From contig CAVWEH010000005.1 in NCBI GenBank assembly GCA_963753975.1, positions 512,001 to 576,000 of the forward strand: 64,000 nt of DNA, given 5' to 3'. Below the pieces are notes generated by a model. That model saw only the letters and a program-made list of their open reading frames with translations. It searched no databases and had not been told where the DNA came from. Made by a program: the position numbers and the translations under genes. This stretch comes from an uncultured delta proteobacterium. GTDB lineage: Bacteria; Desulfobacterota; Syntrophia; Syntrophales; Smithellaceae. Shown here piece after piece: positions 60,651-64,000 of the stretch (the first letter of the stretch is position 1; each line of letters opens with the position of its first letter).

Positions 60651-61847
60651 TTAGATTCTTGCATTGCTGTCACCCGGGGAAATAGCCCGATTGACTGCCG
60701 GAATGCGCCTAATAGCGGCTGTTATGCTCCAGCTTAACGCCAGCGTTCCAATAAATACAATGGTACCTTTCTCTATAGCGGTAAACGTTGTATTAAGAAG
60801 AGCATATTGCAGCCAAATTACGAATACATAATGAATAAGATATATCCCATATGCGTTATTGTGCAGGCTATCGAACACTCTTCTGCGTTTGTTTGCAAAA
60901 CGAAGAAATAGAGAGAGAAAGAAAAGTCCGCTGGCAGCACAGGATAGAATAAAGGCGAAGCCGTAGAGAACTTGCCATGTAGACGATGCAGGGAAGGCAT
61001 AAAATTTTCCGAAGGCAATAATATCGAACAAATAAAATATCAGTGCTGCGACAAACCAGACTGGCCAACGCTTCACCAGCAGGCCATCCCGGGCGAGTAA
61101 ACTTTGATTGATGCCGTAAGCACCAACAGCGAGACCAGCGATGAAGTAGATTGCATACAAGAGCACGCGGCTGGTTTGGACCTGAAAGGGACCAAAACTG
61201 GCCCAGTGATGGTAGCCGAAACTGAACAACATCGGGAAATAGGCGATAGCAGATACAGCCACCAGGACACAAAAAAACAACAGTGGACGCCGCAATGACC
61301 ACAAGAATCTCTTTCCAAGGGCATCGCCCCATCCGGAAATAAACTTTCGCAACAGCACTACAATAAAATTGAACAACAGTAACAAAGACAAAAACCAAAA
61401 AGGGCCACTTGGCCAATAATCAAGAGATATCCATTGCTCCCAGAAGGCGAGAAAACTCGGATCGGCGCCTGTTATCCGATAGGATGGATAGTAGGCAAGA
61501 GGTATCAGGAAAATTACAACTATGGCAAAGGGCAACCCCAGACGCAGACAGCGGTCACGCAGGAATTTGCGATTTCCTTTTCGGGTGAGGCTCGGCCAGA
61601 CAAACAAGCCTGATATGAAAAACAACAGAGCCATGAAAAATTGAGCATTGAATTCGGTGAAGAGATTGAACCCTAACCACCGCTGAGAGTCGATGATCGG
61701 CAAGGCGGCCCAGATATAAGGTTTAGCGGCGAAGGTAGCAGAAGGAGAAGGTATGGAAACCATATACGCCAAGGCTGAATGGTATGCCAGCACCAGTAAG
61801 ATAACGAAAGCCTGCAGATAACCGAGTGCCACATTGTGTTTCTTCAT
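60651..61847 (-). CDS. Acyltransferase family 3 (OpgC/MdoC-like) membrane protein
   Basis: FFMALLFFISG, FLRDRCLRLGLP, GPFWFL and YGIYLIH. Confidence 0.85.
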   Translation of the reverse strand: MKKHNVALGYLQAFVILLVLAYHSALAYMVSIPSPSATFAAKPYIWAALPIIDSQRWLGFNLFTEFNAQFFMALLFFISGLFVWPSLTRKGNRKFLRDRCLRLGLPFAIVVIFLIPLAYYPSYRITGADPSFLAFWEQWISLDYWPSGPFWFLSLLLLFNFIVVLLRKFISGWGDALGKRFLWSLRRPLLFFCVLVAVSAIAYFPMLFSFGYHHWASFGPFQVQTSRVLLYAIYFIAGLAVGAYGINQSLLARDGLLVKRWPVWFVAALIFYLFDIIAFGKFYAFPASSTWQVLYGFAFILSCAASGLFFLSLFLRFANKRRRVFDSLHNNAYGIYLIHYVFVIWLQYALLNTTFTAIEKGTIVFIGTLALSWSITAAIRRIPAVNRAISPGDSNARI

Positions 61848-61938
61848 TATTTTGAGCTCCCGTCAGCAGGATATTATGCTAAGTTAATTTAAAATCACAA
61901 ATCAACAAGGCCTACAGCTTTTATTTTGGATTGAAATA

Positions 61939-61994
61939 GTGTAACGAATAATCACCGATGATTGTAAGCCGTCCGGTGGATGTCTTGGTCAGGA
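61939..61994 (-). mobile_element. attC site (minus strand, R'' degenerate)
   Basis: Minus strand: TCCTGAC caaga cat(C)caccgg...tcggtgat tattc GTTACAC. Confidence 0.7.
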
Positions 61995-62025
61995 AACACC
62001 ATGGCATATTCATTTTTGCATCATT

Positions 62026-62553
62026 TTAGCTGTCAAGGAGCATATCTAGTCTTTTTTCACATTCGTCTAAAATTATCATGGTTTCGTTTGCGGAAGCCAG
62101 AAATTCTTCAAAAGTTATCACTCCCGAAGTCACTGCATTGGTAAAAATAGAAGCAGCTTGTCTTTGTTTTAATTTAACTTCTAAATATCTTTTATATGAT
62201 AGTATTGCTTCTGATAAACGTTTTGGGTTGCCAATAAATCGCTCCCGCAATCTTATGAATTTTTCATTGACTTTTTGCCCATGGGTTTTCGATGCTTTGG
62301 CTTCAGCAATGCGTTCTTTTAATTCACTTTCACTACTATGATCTCTAAAAAATCCATCTTCGGATTCCCATTTCTTTAGATTCTCAACTGCCAATTCAAT
62401 ATCTTTATCTAACATTACTTGTAGCTTATCGTATTTTGATTGAATATCACTAATCAACTTAGCAACAAAGAATGGACGATAAATATATAGGCCGATTTTT
62501 AGTAGAAAATATATAACGATTCCTGAAAGAACAATGATTAAAACGAGGTTCAA
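62026..62553 (-). CDS. Cassette-like hypothetical protein (N-terminal TM + coiled coil)
   Basis: GGGGGA RBS; lies between G|TTAGAA (62593-62599) and the attC at 61939-61994. Confidence 0.7.
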   Translation of the reverse strand: MNLVLIIVLSGIVIYFLLKIGLYIYRPFFVAKLISDIQSKYDKLQVMLDKDIELAVENLKKWESEDGFFRDHSSESELKERIAEAKASKTHGQKVNEKFIRLRERFIGNPKRLSEAILSYKRYLEVKLKQRQAASIFTNAVTSGVITFEEFLASANETMIILDECEKRLDMLLDS

Positions 62554-62592
62554 ATTGTCCCCCTAATCATATTTGGTAATAAGAAATCTACT

Positions 62593-62655
62593 TTCTAACA
62601 ACGTTTATATGTATCTTATATCACGGGCATGAAACTTGTCATCAGCAACATACTG
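62593..62655 (-). repeat. attI-like motif plus truncated R1 copy D
   Basis: Minus strand gatacatataaacgttG|TTAGAA; homologous to 62894-62948. Confidence 0.7.
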
Positions 62656-62657
62656 GA

Positions 62658-62855
62658 CTAGATGGACATTTTCTTTGGATAGCGCCCGTTATCATCGAGT
62701 TCAGATACATCTATTTCTTTAGCCGTATCCATAAGCGGGGTGCAGCCAAATCTTTTGATGGTTTCAAGAGTTGCCATACGCTTAGAACGAATTATTTGAT
62801 CGGTGACTATATGATAGCCTGTGAAATAATACACAATTATTTTTGACATAATCAA
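62658..62855 (-). CDS. Small hypothetical protein
   Basis: 65 aa ORF between two direct-repeat sites. Confidence 0.55.
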   Translation of the reverse strand: MIMSKIIVYYFTGYHIVTDQIIRSKRMATLETIKRFGCTPLMDTAKEIDVSELDDNGRYPKKMSI

Positions 62856-62893
62856 ATTTCTTTATTTACTACCCTTTGTTGCAAACTGGCGTA

Positions 62894-63131
62894 TTCTAAC
62901 AATGTTCATCTGTATCACGGGTATGAACCCTGATTCAGCAGCACGCTGCAGGGTATCATACTCGTGCTTATGCGGGATCAATTCCACTTGCGCTTCAAAC
63001 TTCGCTTTGTTCGTTTTACCACGGCGCTATGCGCCTAGTATAATTCGTCCAGCAAACTTCAGTGCACTTTGTTTCTGAAGTTTGGGTCTCATTATCAGCA
63101 AGTGTCATTAATTCGACTTACAAATTCCACT
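62894..63131. repeat. attI-like motif plus R1 copy B
   Basis: Minus strand gatacagatgaacattG|TTAGAA next to the cacgggtatga/tcatactcgtg hairpin and the blocks shared with 7830-8011. Confidence 0.85.
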
Positions 63132-63473
63132 TTAGCTGGTGGCTGCCTCACCAACCAGCAAACTTGCCACGCCGCCACCGAAGATTTCAAATAAATGAAG
63201 GCACGTCTTGCTCCAGGCATCGAGAGCAGGGATGGTTGCAGACGAAATGGCAGACCAGATGCCCAGGCCGCCGATTAGAGCTAGTATCACCACCGCCACT
63301 GCCAGCCGGCCCCATGAAAACTTGGTCTTTGATGTTTGTTTTTCTACCTGCGCGGCCATTGCCGACGCCTGCTGATCTAAATTCTTTACTTTGTTCGGTT
63401 GGGTCTTGAGAGCTGTTTTTAGAGCGGACTTAAACGCCGGGGTACCGACTGTGGTCTTAAAAAATACTCCCAT
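63132..63473 (-). CDS. Hypothetical two-TM protein
   Basis: GGAGG RBS; two hydrophobic helices. Confidence 0.65.
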   Translation of the reverse strand: MGVFFKTTVGTPAFKSALKTALKTQPNKVKNLDQQASAMAAQVEKQTSKTKFSWGRLAVAVVILALIGGLGIWSAISSATIPALDAWSKTCLHLFEIFGGGVASLLVGEAATS

Positions 63474-63786
63474 AACTTACCTCCCTTTTTGCACGAGTTA
63501 TTTTATCTAATTATCACGTTACTGAAAGTATAGGTAACGGTTCTATTTTATGTTCGCTGGCTTGATGAGTATTTTCTTTAACGAGAGATTTAATTTCAGC
63601 AAAGACAAAAACCGCTGAAATTATAAGGATCAAACAAACAGAATAAGCTAAATATTTTTTCATAATCAGCCTCTGTAGTTTTTGTAAATATAAAAGAAAA
63701 CGTATCCAGTGTCAAGGGAATGAAAAAGATAATTTCTATAGTTAAATTAAATGTTTTGCGGCTGTGTTTTCTGCACATACATCCAC

Positions 63787-63815
63787 TTGACACACAAAAC
63801 CCTTGTTCATATACT
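63787..63815 (+). promoter_or_regulatory. Strong sigma70-type promoter
   Basis: TTGACA-17 bp-TATACT. Confidence 0.75.
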
Positions 63816-63913
63816 CTTTATGCATGGACACATGAACAACAGGCTCTCAAAAATGAGCAATGAACTTAGTTATCTTTAATATTATAAGAATTAATAATAA
63901 GGATTGGTGATTG

Positions 63914-64000
63914 ATGGGAAAAGTGCTCTTGCTTTTGTTTCTAATCTTGTTTGCCGGCAGGTTTACCTGGCGTTATGTTTTACAGCACATCAATATCCGG
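63914..64000 (+). CDS. 5' end of a membrane protein running off the window
   Basis: MGKVLLLLFLILFAGRFTWRYVLQHINIR; open to the window end, downstream of the promoter. Confidence 0.55.
   Translation, partial: MGKVLLLLFLILFAGRFTWRYVLQHINIR

Noticed and set aside
62980..63131. Recurring AATTC-AC-T core with variable spacers as a CRISPR array
   Set aside because: The core is too short and degenerate, spacing is irregular, the spacers are shared hairpin modules and no cas genes are present

Overview
A 64 kb chromosomal segment, judged from gene content to come from an anaerobic deltaproteobacterium, probably a Smithella/Syntrophaceae-like fatty-acid syntroph (inference). It contains the replication origin region (rsmG-parA-parB-dnaA-oriC-dnaN-gyrB-gyrA, all on the minus strand), archease-rtcB, beta-oxidation and ETF genes, and other housekeeping genes. 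I saw no rRNA, tRNA, CRISPR array, transposase or integrase. Six things stand out. (1) Two integrase-less integron-cassette loci (35.2-37.0 kb on +, 60.6-63.1 kb on -) have recognisable attC sites. The same 19-bp attI-like motif (GATAYRKATRAACRWTG|TT) precedes the cassette entry at three places. (2) A modular, hairpin-rich non-coding repeat family occurs at 7.8, 33.7, 62.6 and 62.9 kb, and two copies abut the attI-like motif. (3) A second MITE-like family brackets rtcB in inverted orientation and supplies its start codon. (4) A lysine 2,3-aminomutase + two ATP-grasp ligases + GNAT cluster has no obvious known product. (5) A KdnB/KdnA-like pair suggests 8-amino-Kdo LPS. (6) A 7.4 kb envelope-stress islet is flanked by a duplicated terminator. 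All alignments were done by eye, and family assignments come from recalled motifs, not database searches.
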